Below, one piece after another: positions 30,903 to 44,398 of a stretch of DNA of 64,000 nucleotides; the first letter of the stretch is position 1, and every line of letters begins with the position of its first letter. Location of the stretch: assembly GCF_964204645.1 (NCBI RefSeq), contig NC_134028.1, positions 19,413,653 through 19,477,652 on the forward strand, given 5' to 3'. The notes under the pieces are model-generated. The model searched no databases. It was not told the DNA's origin and saw only the letters and a program-made list of their open reading frames with translations. The position numbers and the translations under genes are program-made. Source of the stretch: Tubulanus polymorphus (lineage: Eukaryota > Animalia > Nemertea).

Positions 30903-33527
30903 GATGTGAAGGGTCGAGACGGGAACATGGTGTCCACGGGACTGTGTAGAGAGTAGAGACAGTTTTGAAGGGTCGAGACGGGAACATGGTGTCTACGGGA
31001 CTGTGTAGAGACTAGAGACAGTTTTGAAGGGTCGAGACGGGAACATGGTGTCCACAGGACTTTCTAGAGAGTAGAGACAGATTTGAAGGGTCGAGACGGG
31101 AACATGGTGTCCACAGGACTGTGTAGAGACTAGAGACAGTTTTAAAGGGTCGAGACGGGAACATGGTTTCTACGGGACTGTGTAGAGACTAGAGACAGTT
31201 TTGAAGGGTCGAGACGGGAACATGGTGTCTACGGGACTGTGTAGAGACTAGAGACAGTTTTGAAGGGTCGAGACGGGAACATGGTGTCCACAGGACTTTC
31301 TAGAGAGTAGAGACAGATTTGAAGGGTCGAGACGGGAACATGGTGTCCACAGGACTGTGTAGAGACTAGAGAAAGTTTTAAAGGGTCGAGACGGGAACAT
31401 GGTTTCTACGGGACTGTGTAGAGACTAGAGACAGTTTTGAAGGGTCGAGACGGGAACATGGTGTCTACGGGACTGTGTAGAGACTAGAGACAGTTTTGAA
31501 GGGTCGAGACGGGAACATGGTGTCCACGGGACTGTGTAGAGAGTAGAGACAGATTTGAAGGGTCGAGACGGGAACATGGTGTCCACGGGACTGTGTAGAG
31601 ACTAGAGACAGTTTTGAAGGGTCGAGACGGGAACATGGTGTCTACGGGACTGTGTAGAGACTAGAGACAGTTTTGAAGGGTCGAGACGGGAACATGGTGT
31701 CTACGGGACTGTGTAGAGACTAGAGACAGTTTTGAAGGGTCGAGACGGGAACATAGTGTCCACGGGACAGTGTAGAGAGTAGAGACATGTTTAAAGGGTC
31801 GAGACGGGAACATGGTGTCCACGGGACTGTGTAGAGAGTAGAGACAGGTGTGAAGGGTCGAGACGGGAACATGGTGTCCACCAGGACTGTGTAGAGAGTA
31901 GAGACAGATTTGAAGGGTCGAGACGGGAACATGGTGTCTACGGGACTGTGTAGAGACTAGAGACAGTTTTGAAGGGTCGAGACGGGAACATGGTGTCTAC
32001 GGGACTGTGTAGAGAGTAGAGACAGGTGTGAAGGGTCGAGACGGGAACATAGTGTCCACGGGACTGTGTAGAGAGTAGAGACAGGTGTGAAGGGTCGAGA
32101 CGGGAACATGGTGTCTACGGGACTGTGTAGAGAGTAGAGACAGGTGTGAAGGGTCGAGACGGGAACATGGTGTCTACGGGACTGTGTAGAGACTAGAGAC
32201 AGTTTTGAAGGGTCGAGACGGGAACATGGTGTCTACGGGACTGTGTAGAGACTAGAGACAGTTTTGAAGGGTCGAGACGGGACCATGGTGTCCACAGGAC
32301 TGTGTAGAGAGTAGAGACAGGTGTGAAGGGTCGAGACGGGAACATGGTGTACACATGACTGTGTAGAGACTAGAGACAGTTTTGAAGGGTCGAGACGGGA
32401 ACATGGTGTCCACAGGACTGTGTAGAGAGTAGAGACAGATTTGAAGGATCGAGACGGGAACATGGTGTCCACATGACTGTGTAGAGACTAGAGACAGTTT
32501 TGAAGGGTCGAGACGGGAACATGGTGTCTACGGGACTGTGTAGAGACTAGAGACAGTTTTGAAGGGTCGAGACGGGAACATGGTGTCTACGGGACTGTGT
32601 AGAGACTAGAGACAGTTTTGAAGGGTCGAGACGGGAACATAGTGTCCACGGGACTGTGTAGAGAGTAGAGACAGGTTTAAAGGGTCGAGACGGGAACATG
32701 GTGTCCACGGGACTGTGTAGAGAGTAGAGACAGGTGTGAAGGGTCGAGACGGGAACATGGTGTCCACCAGGACTGTGTAGAGAGTAGAGACAGATTTGAA
32801 GGGTCGAGACGGGAACATGGTGTCCACAGGACTGTGTAGAGAGTAGAGACAGATTTGAAGGGTCGAGACGGGAACATGGTGTCTACGGGACTGTGTAGAG
32901 ACTAGAGACAGTTTTGAAGGGTCGAGACGGGAACATGGTGTCTACGGGACTGTGTAGAGAGTAGAGACAGGTGTGAAGGGTCGAGACGGGAACATAGTGT
33001 CCACGGGACTGTGTAGAGAGTAGAGACAGGTGTGAAGGGTCGAGACGGGAACATGGTGTCTACGGGACTGTGTAGAGAGTAGAGACAGGTGTGAAGGGTC
33101 GAGACGGGAACATGGTGTCTACGGGACTGTGTAGAGAGTAGAGACAGGTGTGAAGGGTCGAGACGGGAACATGGTGTCCACGGGACTGTGTAGAGACTAG
33201 AGACAGTTTTGAAGGGTCGAGACGGGAACATGGTGTCCACGGGACTGTGTAGAGACTAGAGACAGTTTTGAAGGGTCGAGACGGGAACATGGTGTCCAGG
33301 GGACTGTGTAGAGACTAGAGACAGGTTAGAAGGGTCGAGACGGGAACATGGTGTCCACGGGACTGTGTAGAGAGTAGAGACAGGTGTGAAGGGTCGAGAC
33401 GGGAACATAGGGTCCACAGGACTGTGTAGAGAGTGGAGACAGATGTGAAGGGTCGAGACGGGAACATAGGGTCCACGGGACTGTGTAGAGAGTAGAGCCA
33501 GATTTGAAGGGTCGAGACGGGAACATG
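30903..33527 (-). repeat. 59-bp tandem array, right arm (~44 units), inverted relative to the left arm
   Basis: Unit GAAGGGTCGAGACGGGAACATGGTGTCYACGGGACTGTGTAGAGASTAGAGACAGTTTT. Confidence 0.97.
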
Positions 33528-34364
33528 GTATGGGGAACAACGTGATCTAGAAATCAACGCGTCATAAAATTGAACAAGATCTTTATTTTTTTGCAAAATT
33601 TATACAATAATTTTTTTTTCATAAATTTGATGAATTACATTTGAATTGATAAATGGCACAATGAAACATGTCCCAATTAAAATGCCGCGGGCTGGGTCGT
33701 TTTTAGGAACATGGTTTGAAGGATTTAAATAAAGTTGATTTTATTTCTAAGAAACCAAAATAATTCAACTCGTGTAATTCATTTGAAATTAGTGTAAAGC
33801 TTTTAAACAGTGAATATATTCTTCCCAGATTCTGGGAGGAAATTTCGACGGGAAATTGTTTTTCGCATCCTGAATTTTTACTTTTATTCACATTGGAGGT
33901 GATTTCCTCATTCGATCTTTTCAATCAAAAGTTTAAAGAATCTAATCAAGTTCTAAAATTGTTGGGAAGTGTCACTGATCGTTCTGTGAAAACCGAATCC
34001 GATACGCGCAAGTGTTATGGTTCAAATAATCGACTGTGGTGGCGCTATCGTACGGTAGGGTCGAGACGGGAACGGGTCGAGAGAGTTACGGGTCGAGAGG
34101 GGAACGTGGATAGCTCATATGCAACTCAGTTCAGTAGTAACAGTATCAAGTTGTTTCCGACATTCTCCCGGGCCACTTAAGGTGATACCCTAAAACAATT
34201 AAGTGAAATAGATTGGTTATATTGCGTTGTGTTTTGAAATTGCATAAGAACATTTTACGAAGTTATTCAGATTAAGTAGAGTAAATATTTCGATATAAAC
34301 GTATATAAGATTAGATATTAATATAGATATAAGTACACACAGAGTTAATTAATCAAGATTTGAG

Positions 34365-37300
34365 TCAATTAGAAATCAATCCGGTCCATTTTTTAATGTT
34401 CTGTTGAGCTCTGATCGCCGATTGTCTTTTAGTTTTTGCGTTTCGCTCTGGTTGATCACTCATAGAGCTATCGGGCGCGATATCGGGTTTATCGGTTTCG
34501 ACACTAGACACCTCTAGCGGATAAAGTTTACTAATCGGTCTCGAAGTTATAATATTGTTCGTACGTATTCTAGCTGATCGAACTAAACCATCGTTTCCGC
34601 GACAGAGTTCAGTAACGACGGTCATCTTCCAGTTAACACGGTTTTTTACGTCATCGTGGACGAGTACGACGTCTCCAACCTTTATGACGTTTTGACCCGC
34701 TCGTTTCCGAAGTGTAATATGTCTTTCACGTAACGCGGTCACGTATTCGGACGACCACCTATTCCAAAAATGTTTCTGTAGTTCGGAAAGTCTTATCGCG
34801 CGTTTTTCGAATTTAGAACGGTCTGTACCGAAAGTAGGGTCATTTATTTCGTCATCCGAGATTACAATGTGAGGAAGGTTATTTAACATACGGCCATACA
34901 ACAAGTGTGCCGGGGTCAATGGCATCGGATCATTGACATCCGTAGAAAAATACGTAAGCGGACGATTGTTTAACACCGATTCGATTGATCTCTGTTACGA
35001 CAGTTATTAACTCTTGAACTGATAGAAGGGCACGTCCCAACACTTTTTTGAGGATAGACTTGGTAACACCCACTAAACGCTCCCAAAACCCTCCGAACCA
35101 AGGTGCACGTTTGGGAATGAACGACCATTCGCAGCGGTTTTTAAGCAGATATTCGTGTACTGTTAAAGATTCGTAGATATTCCGAATCGTCTCGTCCGCG
35201 GAGAGAAATGTTGAGGCGTTGTCCGAAATTATTTTGTTTGGAACGGAACGACGAGCCGCGAAGCGACGAAACGCGTGTAAGAACGTTGGAGTTGAAAGGT
35301 CGGTTACGACTTCCAGATGAAGCGCGCGTGTACTGGCGCATGTAAACAACAGAATGTAGGCTTTATTTGTCCCTAGCGAATTGGGACGAACATGTAAAGC
35401 ACCGGAGAAATCTAGTCCACACGCTGTAAAGGGCGGAGCTTCGCTTAAGCGATCTTTTTGGAGCGGTGCCGGTTCTGGTAGTGCGTATGGTAATCCCGTC
35501 ACTAACCTACATGGAACGCATTTCCGTAGGATGGGTTTGACAGCCTGCCGTATCTTTATAATCCAGAATGCTTGACGTATGTGGGTCATAGTTGACTCCA
35601 AACCGGCGTGTTTCACGTTATGGTGGGCGTCTAATACAACGAGTTCGGTTAACCTTGATTTCGACGGCAAAAGAGCCGGGAAGGTTGTGCTGTAATTTAG
35701 TGGCGCATTCTGTAATCTTCCCCCAACGCGCACAATTCCATCGTTATCCATGAAGAGGCGTAACTGTTTGATTAACGTTGAATTTGTTTTTTCCTGAAGT
35801 AGTTCATTATATTCCTTCGTAAAGTATGTCTTTTGTACCGATCTAATGATAGCATTTTCGGATTTTTGTAACTCGGTAACTGTTAGGGTCTGACCTGTCG
35901 CCTGTTTGTTTCCCCTTAAGAGTGAGACAAATCTGAGAACATACGCACATTTCCGAACCATTTTCGGTAAGTCGGGATAAAACGCCGGATTTACTTCTTT
36001 AATGATTCCGAATTTCTGGCGGACTTGAGAAGCGATTGCGCTTCTCTGGGAGTCTAATGATTCCGTTTCAGTTAACAGGATTGTTGAATCGAACAGGTCG
36101 CAAATGGGCCAATCGCCTTGGCCTAACCAATGTGGTCCCTTCCACCATAGGTCACAGTTCTGCAAGTCGGCTGCGCATATTCCACGAGAGAGAATATCAG
36201 CCGGATTATCTTTCGTCGGGCAGTACTTGAATTCATCAATATTTACCGATTTGATTTGAGTTACTCTGTTCGATACAAAAACAGGTAGTTTCTTGTCGCT
36301 ATGAATCCAATGTAATACGATTTGGCTGTCGGACCACAGAATAGTTTTAGATATATCTATTTTCGACGCGAGAGCACGATAGACATATGTGATAAGCCTG
36401 GCAGCAGTAAGCGCTGCAAGCAGCTCGAGCTGAGGAATGGCAAGTTCCTTTACCGGAGCGACGCGCGTTTTTGCCATCACTAAGGATGTGTCGGTGAGGT
36501 TACGTAAGTAAACAACAGATCCATAGGCTTCCTTGACCTTGCTACTATCTCCGAACGCGTGGATCTCGTAGTCTGATCCACGGTCAGATTCCTCGAAGTA
36601 TTTCCGTGAAATGTGGATCTCTGAAGCGTCGCAAAGATCAGTCGCAATATGTATCCATTTAAGCTTTAAGTCATCGGGTATGGGTTGGTCCCAATCGAAT
36701 TTCTCTTTCCACAGTTCCTGAATAAAGATCTTAGCCCTTATCTGAACTGGGGCTAAAAACCCTAATGGGTCATATACTTTCGAAGCTCGACTGACGACTT
36801 CGCGTTTAGTAACAACATCGCATGACAGTTCATTTTTAAGCTTATGTGGAAATCCGATAGAATCCCGTTGGGTGTTCCAGATTAAGCCAAGAATTTTCGA
36901 TTCGGTATCTGAGTCGGCCACTTCATCGGTTTCTAGTAGTTCGCGTAATTTTCCGGAGTTAGTTGCCCAGGATCGTAGGTTGAGTCCGGCGGATTTGGTA
37001 ATGTCGACGGATTCGTGGTAGAATCGAAGCGCTTCGGTATCGGAGCTTACACCCGTGACAACGTTATCAACATATATGTTATCAGAGATATCCCGAGCGG
37101 TTTCCGTATCTATACTGCGTAAGTGTGATTTCACGGTGACGTTTAAGATGTATGGGCTGCAAACCGCTCCAAAGAGCACTGAACGAAATTGGTAAGCCTT
37201 CAATTCACTTTCTGGGTTTGATTGGTCGGAAAGCCAAAGAAATTTTGTGAATTTTCGATCGTTTGAGTCAAGGCCGATTTGTAGGAAGGCCTTCTCAATG

Positions 37301-40300
37301 TCTGCAGATATCGCGAATTTGTGTAATCGGAAGCGTATTATGATCGACGCTAGATCGTTAAGCAATGGCGGTCCAGTCTCAAGGCAATCGTTCAAACTAG
37401 GTTCAGCTGCAGTCGAATACTATTCTCAAAGGTGTGGTTACTGAGTCCTTTTTTACCCCACGGTGAGGTAAGTAGTGTCCCGAGTGATCGTCGTTTTCGA
37501 CTTCTTCGATGAAGCCACGTGATAATTGTTCGTTGATAATATTATTGTAGGCAAAAACCGTAATGTTTCCAATGTCTCCGTTTTTAACGCATGCGCATTA
37601 GGCTTAGTAAGTGTTGGAAAAGTCGAGAAATCAGTACAGTGCGCAGGCGTCATGACAGTGTTTACATGTTTCAAAACTGGGTCATGTCACACACAGTACG
37701 GTATTCGCTTGAAATGAACCAGCGTGAACTTTAGCAGCGGGTCGTGATGTCTAAATAATCTCGTATCATATGCTTGCGTATTATATGTTAATACAATTAA
37801 AAGAATTGTCCAAATAAATAAACAGTGACATTGGGGATCACCATAGAAAGTGCACCAAAGTTCATAATGGTTACCATTTCGAGATCAGCATTTTCGGGAT
37901 TCGAACGTGATAGCGTCGTATAAAATAAATCAGCGACACTGGAGTCATCAAAGTTCAAATTGAATTGAAATAAGTTCAGTATTTTTCGGGGCTCGAATCT
38001 AGTAGCGCCGCAAAAATAAACGAGTGACACTCGGGTCATCAATGTTCAAATCGAATTGAAATAAGATGAAATAAGATAATTATTTATTGTGGGATTCGAA
38101 TCTAATAGAAACGGAAACATTGGAGTCATCAAAACACACATTCATTATGCGTCCTGACATGACCCAGTTTTGAAAGTTCTGACATGTAGTGACGCCTGCG
38201 CACTCAACCGATTTCTGGACTTAGAGAATTTCACCAACACTCACTAATGCGCATGCGTTAAAAACGGAGACATTGGAAACATTACGGTTTTTGCTTATTG
38301 CAGACGCTTCGCATTTCCGGTTCAAGTCGGCGGATCATACCACGTGTTCGTCTCTCAGCCACCATTCGGTTGGTTGGCAAGGGGGCGTGGTCATCTTTCC
38401 AGGGTAGTTTCGCGGTGTATTTTCCATTTTCAAAGCGCAAGTGTGTCTGACTGTAATCCGACATGGATTTGCTGACTGCAGTTCCGGTTGTATGCGCGTC
38501 ATCTTTGGTCCCAGAAACGTTGTAGATTTATTTCCTCGCGTTTGTTTTCGACAGCACATGTGTTAACTTTCAGCGCGCTAATGAGGTTAATATGAGTTGT
38601 AGGCTGACATGTGGGTCCTGATGGTAGATAACCGATTGTCGAAGAAATTGCTGTTGGTCCGGGGCCACGTACGATATCATTTCCTACGATCGCCCAATAG
38701 TAATCTGCACCGATTAAGAGTTCTATTTCGTGATTTTCGCAGTCCGAATACGGATGTGCCAATTCGAGATTTCGTATATGCGGTAATTCGAGCACCTTTC
38801 GCGACATGTGATTGTGAATGGGAGCGGAAATCGACGGCACAATCAGGGTTCGAATTTTTAAATCTCCATCACTGGTATTTAGCTTTATGGTCCCGACGTC
38901 TAAAGACCGAGCAGGTCCTGATATTCCACCAAAGGCCGATATCTGAATGTCTTCGGACTCATTTGACACTAGATGTAGGGCTTGTGCCATTTTCTGTGTG
39001 ATGAAGGATCTTTGGGCGCCTTCGTCAAATAAGATGGTCGCATTAATTGATGTCGATTCAGAAGAGATACGGGCGAACGCTGTTTTTAGTAGAACGGCTC
39101 CTCCAGTTGGAGTTATTTTTACTTCCACTTGATGGGTGGTAGAGTCAGTGTTAGTTTGTAGCGGTTCTGTTGCCATGTGGTTTCTCTGCGGGTCACATAG
39201 AGATGAATGATGTTTCCGTTGGCAATTTCGGCATCTGAGTTTGGATTTGCAGTCGGCGGAACGGTGTGAACCTAAACAGTTAAAACATAAGCGGTCTCGA
39301 ATTACTATTTCTCGCCTTTTTCCGGGTCCGTTGAAAACGCGACATTCGTGAGAATTATGGTTGTTCGATTTACAGTAAGCGCAATTAGATCGTGAGAATG
39401 TTTTCGGCTTGGACGTAGATACACGGGTATGGAAGGCTGCGGTTGGGTACGTGAGATCGTGGTCTTGAAAATCGTTATTTAGCGTATCCCCCGCGCGAAG
39501 GGCTTCGATTTCTTTTAGTAGCGAAGTTCTGAGGTCAACGATATTCCAATCATTATTTCCGCGCTGTCTCGTCATTTGTTGGCGGATATGACCGGGTAAC
39601 TTATCCAATACGACAGGCACGAGTAAATCTCCGTATGTTTCTTCTGGTTTACCCAGAGATCTTAAACCTCTTATGTAAGCCTCTAAACGGTCGTAAAAGT
39701 TACGTAATGATTGGTGGTTGGCGCTAGGTGGTTCAAGCTCCCACAGCGCGCGCATATATGCGCCGATGATAACATGAGGTTTACCGTATCGATCTTTGAG
39801 CAATTCCAACGCGTGATTGTAGTTACCATCGGTGAGTGATAACCCGTTTATCACCTGAGCCGCTTCGTCCGTTGTTTGAGCCCGTAAGTATTGGAATTTC
39901 TGGACGTCAGTAAGGTTTTCGTCCATCCCAACTGCCGAATTAAAGGAATCGAAGAATTCCATCCAGTTCAGTATATTTCCATCAAATTTCATTAAGGAGA
40001 GTTTTGGTAAGTTGACCGTTCGTCGCGAGTTACGGTCGCTGCGCGCAGACTGATCTGAGATCAAGCTGGTATCGTGTTGATCTGCAGCGAACCTTCTATC
40101 GATTTGTCTTTGTAGTACCCGGTAATTTTCTTTGATATCTGTTAGGTATTCGTCTGCGTCCGTAATGAATTTATCCAAGTCCGCCTCCTCGACGGTCAGT
40201 AGGAGTTTTTGATCTAGATCAGCGAGAATGTTAATTTTCTCCTTGTACGTCTCCATGGCTGCGAGTAGCCGATCGCGATCCAATTCCGAAATAGCTTTGC

Positions 40301-40394
40301 TTCTTAGAATAATTTGAATTTTAGAAATAGTTTTGGTCAAAAGTCCTCTGTTGGTCGTGCGGTTTTGCATCAAGCGTTTGTCCTGAGCTGCCAT
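34365..40394 (-). pseudogene. BEL/Pao gag-pol polyprotein (DUF1759 gag, Zn knuckles, protease, RT, RNase H, integrase), disrupted
   Basis: LPKLSLMKFDG, CFNCLGSH, ILFDEGAQRSF, ADIEKAFLQI, IYVDN, GLDFSG, RPISKLYPLE; frameshifts near 38500, 37405 and 34980 plus a MITE at 37548-38297. Confidence 0.93.
37548..38297. mobile_element. 750-bp MITE inserted into BEL pol
   Basis: ~50-bp TIR GCAAAAACCGTAATGTTTCCAATGTCTCCGTTTTTAACGCATGCGCATTAG; removal restores ...MRSVCNNIINEQLSRGFIEEV; short duplication (TTG, exact length ambiguous). Confidence 0.85.
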
Positions 40395-40410
40395 CCTGGT
40401 CACGGCACCA
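40393..40410 (-). promoter_or_regulatory. Primer-binding site, complementary to tRNA-His 3' end
   Basis: TGGTGCCGTGACCAGGAT 4 nt after the 5' LTR; overlaps the gag ATG (40394-40392). Confidence 0.75.
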
Positions 40411-42169
40411 AAAATGTGGTAGAGATTCCACTAGAAACAGGATCGAGAACAGCTGGGAAGAATTCCGTGTGTACCGTATAAGAAACTTTATTAGAGTGCC
40501 AAGTGGCGGGAAAGGGGGCTGCATGCAGAGTTACATATAGGTCATATTGATTGACAGTTCAGTAGTAACAGTATCAAGTTGTTTCCGACAAAGCTACAGT
40601 TCACCCCCAAACTTATGATACGGGCCCCTGTGGGATAACCTCCTTCGTTGGCAATTATTTTTTTCTTAAAAATGAATTACTTTTGGATAATGGACCCCTA
40701 GACCAGATAACCAAGACCAGCGTCAAAAACTACAGAACGCCCCACAGCATCCTCCCCGGCACATATTCGGAACCTGATCGAGATTGTAACGATTTGGCTC
40801 CCTGGTTCCTGTCCCATTCTTCAATATGAAATCGCTTTACAAAAAAACAGGAACAGGAGCAAAGGGGAATCACCTGTTGAGTTTAACTAATTTACAAAGG
40901 AATTGAAATATAAGTTTATCATGGGGGAGTAAATCCATCGTTAAGATTATCAACGTCGCATTGGAATTCGATGCAGACCCAAAATGTGGTTGGCATTGCG
41001 GCAGTGAGCGTTTTGAAATACCGAAAGCATCTCCTCTTTCGAGTTCAAAGTTTTTTTACGTCATTTTGTGCTCTTTCAACGCTGGTTGACGTTCCGACCT
41101 GCTTCTATATAGGCCTACTGTGTCGCAAACTTTACGCGCTATTCTATAGATTCCACAATTGAGGGATCTTCGGAGTTAGGTTTGGGTATTAATCAATGTT
41201 GTGGAGGTCTTGCAGTTCCACAGGAGAAATCAGTTCGATGCAGAGAAAGAATGAGAGAAGACCCTTTTCGTTTGATATGCAAAATACAACTGTTTATTTC
41301 CGACTCCGCGGACAGCACATGCTCATGCTAATATGATTGACATGCAGGGCGGGGATACTACAGAGATGACCTATTTCTACTAACATAAACTATTTACTGG
41401 CGTTCGCCACAAATGTTGCTTTATTATTATATTCAAAGATAAGTTCTTTTTAGGCCACACAAAGAAATACCCTAGTTTCTCGAGAAAGTCATATGCCACC
41501 CTTCACCAAGAACCTTAGTGTGTGATGTATTTGTGGTCGTCATCACCATGAAAACTGCGTCTGAATTTGAACATTGTTAAAATTTGAGTGCAATTTGTAG
41601 ATCCATTTGATCCATATAGTTACCCTGTTGTAAGCAGCATATTGAAAAGAGAAATATCGTTTCCGGACAATTCGACGTTTCTCTTTGAATGGTGATGAAA
41701 TATTTCGCATTTGCTTGATAATTCTCGGTGTCTTTTAAGAATGATTGCAAAAAATTCTATATTTTTATGACAACGCTTCTATTACGTTTACTGTATTGTG
41801 GGGCTAGGTGGTAAAATATAATCAATCGACATGTTTGATAATTCTACATAATCAGGGGTCTCCAATGAGTCTCGAACGACGACCTTCGTACCAAACCTTC
41901 AGGGTCAAATGAACTCGTCAAAAAAAATGAACTGGTCAAAAACAACGTCGACTCATTTTGAGCAAAATGTCAATTTTTATCATGAAATATTTGGATTTTC
42001 CCATTAACAATTTCCCCCAACAAAGAAATCGAGATCCAACTGGAATATATATTTCAAAATAAATTCAACCCACGTTTTCGATACGTATATGTTGACAATA
42101 TTACATATAGAATTGATTGATAGTTACGTTAGAGTCAACTTTAGTTAGGTCCACAAGTCCCACTGCAGC

Positions 42170-43215
42170 CACATACGACAGTACGTTCTAAACCGCTCTC
42201 AATGCAGCTGCATCCTACTTTACATCTTTTTTACAGCTGCAAACAAATTCTCAGAGGAGTTCACTTGATGTTGGGCCCTTAAACATGATGGGTTCCAACA
42301 TTTCTCCATTCGATTGCCATCCATAGTGTGTTGGTGATAATACTGGTGGTCTCTAAATCGCGGCCGAGTGCCAGATCTAGCCCGGAGAGTATGCTGCTTG
42401 AAACTCGCTTCGCAGGGAGGAATACTACACAAATCGGCAAGTTTAAAATCCGCTAGCCGTGCTCTCAGCGAATTTAGATTGGTTACGTCACAATATTTGC
42501 TTTTTGGATCGTACATTAAGGATATTAGTAATCGAGCGCAATCTACAAGTTAATCTGGATCGTCTGATGTTATCATAGTATCCAATGATTGTAATCTCTC
42601 TGCTTTGTTCATTAAGATGTTAACTGCTTGCGCTTTTCCTTTTCCAAAGAACGACTCGACGGTATCACAACCTGTATTGATATTGAAGAGTACAACATTA
42701 TTAATACATGTTTTCTACTGAAATGAAAGTCTGGAGAAAATAATGTCTCTAAGGTGCTAATGGCGGGTAGATTTCGACATAACTTACCGGTTAATGCGTG
42801 TACGACAGGGAGGAGGTTTGCGGCGCGTCCCATTGATTTTGCTATCATATGTACTGGTATGAATCTGAGGAATTTAGAAAAATGATATACTCCTATTGCG
42901 ACTTTTCATACATACATTATGTTCAATTGAATGAAGCGTGATGCTTTCACGTACACCTACTTACCTTCGTTTATGTCCAGTGCCCGTTCGAAACCAAACT
43001 TCGTTAACATTTTCCATCACGCTGAAGTAATGAATGGCCAGTACTAGTACGTCTGTATCTGGAGACTTTATAATGATTCTGCTTGGTTTTAGGGTCTTAT
43101 CAGCTTGTACGGCGTTATAGATAATCCTAGTATCAGCCTCTTCTTGCAAACACCCCATGTCTTCATTCGCTTGACAGCCAGATGATGTTACTGTTTTAGC
43201 AGACCTGACATTATT
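42170..43215 (-). pseudogene. Decayed, intron-containing gene for a PIN/FEN1-like nuclease-type protein with Cys-rich tail (probably transposon-derived)
   Basis: QEEADTRII, SPDTDVLVL, GTG..RR|FIPVH, HALT|GCDT, IPP..ASFKQHTLRA; GT-AG introns at ~42866-42964 and ~42672-42787. Confidence 0.6.
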
Positions 43216-43220
43216 ATAGC

Positions 43221-44398
43221 TTGTTCGGACGCGATCGGTCAGTCGCGCTTGTCAGCAATCGCTTCTTTTGGCCAGGTATGAGAGCCGATGTGGAAGGGTA
43301 TGTACGTTCGGTTGAACGAGCCCCACTTACGTCAATAGTCACCACATACCCATTTCAGCTGTTATGTATCGATCATTTGAAAATCGAACCATCGGGAGGA
43401 ATCGAAGATGTGTTGGTGGTGACGGACCACTTAACGAAGTATAGTTGGGCCTTTCCAACCCGGAATCAACTTGCATCTACCGTTGCCAAGGTTTTGCACG
43501 AGCAGGTGATCACTAAGTTCGGTATCCCGCTAGTGTTGCATTCAGATCAGGGTCAGACCTTTGAAAGTAAAGTCATCAGAGAACTCTGCAAGCGGGCCGG
43601 GGTGACCAAGTCTCGAACCACACCATACCATGCCATGGGCAATGGGGCGTGTGAGAGATTTAATTTCACTCTAATTGGCATGTTGGGTACATTAGAAGAG
43701 GGAAATAAAGGTGCATGGAAAGATTATGTCAGTTCGTTGGTCTTTGCCTGTAACTGTACCCCGCATCGGGTAACTGGCTTTGAGCCATACTATTTGATGT
43801 TCGGCCGACAGCCACGGTTACCGTTTGATTTACGTTATGGGTTAAGAGCTGATGAGGTGGAGGAAGTTGGGGAGTTCGCTAAAACGATTGATGAGAATTA
43901 GAGTATGCTTGGGGAGTTGCGAAAGAAAGGATGGAGACAGTCGGGGGTTATGATAAGGTATGATAAAGCTGCGCGGGGAGGTGTTCTGGAAGTTGGGGAT
44001 TTAGTACTAGTTAAACGTACTGGATTTAAGTCTAGACACGAAATCGCCGATATGTGGGAGGCAGACCCATACATTGTGGAATCGAAGCCGGCGGGTGAAG
44101 TACCAGTGTATGAGGTCCGAAACGTAGTTTCTAAGAAAAAACGTTTTGTCCACCGCAATCTTTTATTGGTTTTTGCGGTAGAGCTTCGCCCTCGCGAAGT
44201 TGAGAAGCCTAGGGTGAAACACGCGAGGGAAAAGCAGTCGCCGGTTGATGACGGAAAGGTGGGCGAATCCAGTGATGGAGAGGGAGATTAGTTCTTCGTT
44301 CTTCATAGGATGCCCGATGTCGGACACGGGTGTAGTCGGAGTGAAGTGCCGGCTGACAGTGGTGACGAACTCGGTCGCGTAGGTAGCATTCCGCCCCC
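43221..44398 (+). pseudogene. Gypsy/Ty3 integrase fragment
   Basis: FFWPGM, IDHL, VVTDHLTKY, LHSDQG, TTPYHAMGNGACERFN, GPY-type tail; internal deletion and stop. Confidence 0.9.

Larger units (their letters stand above)
6842..34126. mobile_element. Foldback-type DNA transposon (long TIRs with inverted tandem arrays, no transposase seen), ~5.5 kb without its nested insertion
   Basis: 9-bp TSD CAGTTCAGT (6833-6841, 34127-34135); 6850-7650 and 33530-34120 are diverged inverted repeats; 59-bp arrays in opposite orientation lie on each arm; spacer 30326-30900 has no transposase ORF. Confidence 0.88.
6693..40590 (-). mobile_element. Full-length BEL/Pao LTR retrotransposon whose 3' LTR is interrupted by a 27.3-kb insertion
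   Basis: 5' LTR 40415-40590 (TG...CA on minus, 176 bp); 3' LTR split into 34127-34162 and 6693-6841; 5-bp TSD AAGCT (6688-6692, 40591-40595); PPT CCCGGGAGAA at 34163-34172 (minus). Confidence 0.95.
6589..40634. mobile_element. ~145-bp hairpin MITE with CCC...GGG ends (piggyBac-like), split by the BEL insertion into 6589-6692 and 40591-40634
   Basis: CCCACAGGGGCTCGTATCATAAGTTTGGGGGTGAACTGTAGCTT at 6589 is the reverse complement (1 mismatch) of 40591-40634; ATAA flanks both ends (6585-6588, 40635-40638). Confidence 0.8.

Noticed and set aside
30903-33527. CRISPR-like array
   Set aside because: Units are contiguous 59-bp tandem copies with no unique spacers, no cas genes, eukaryotic context.
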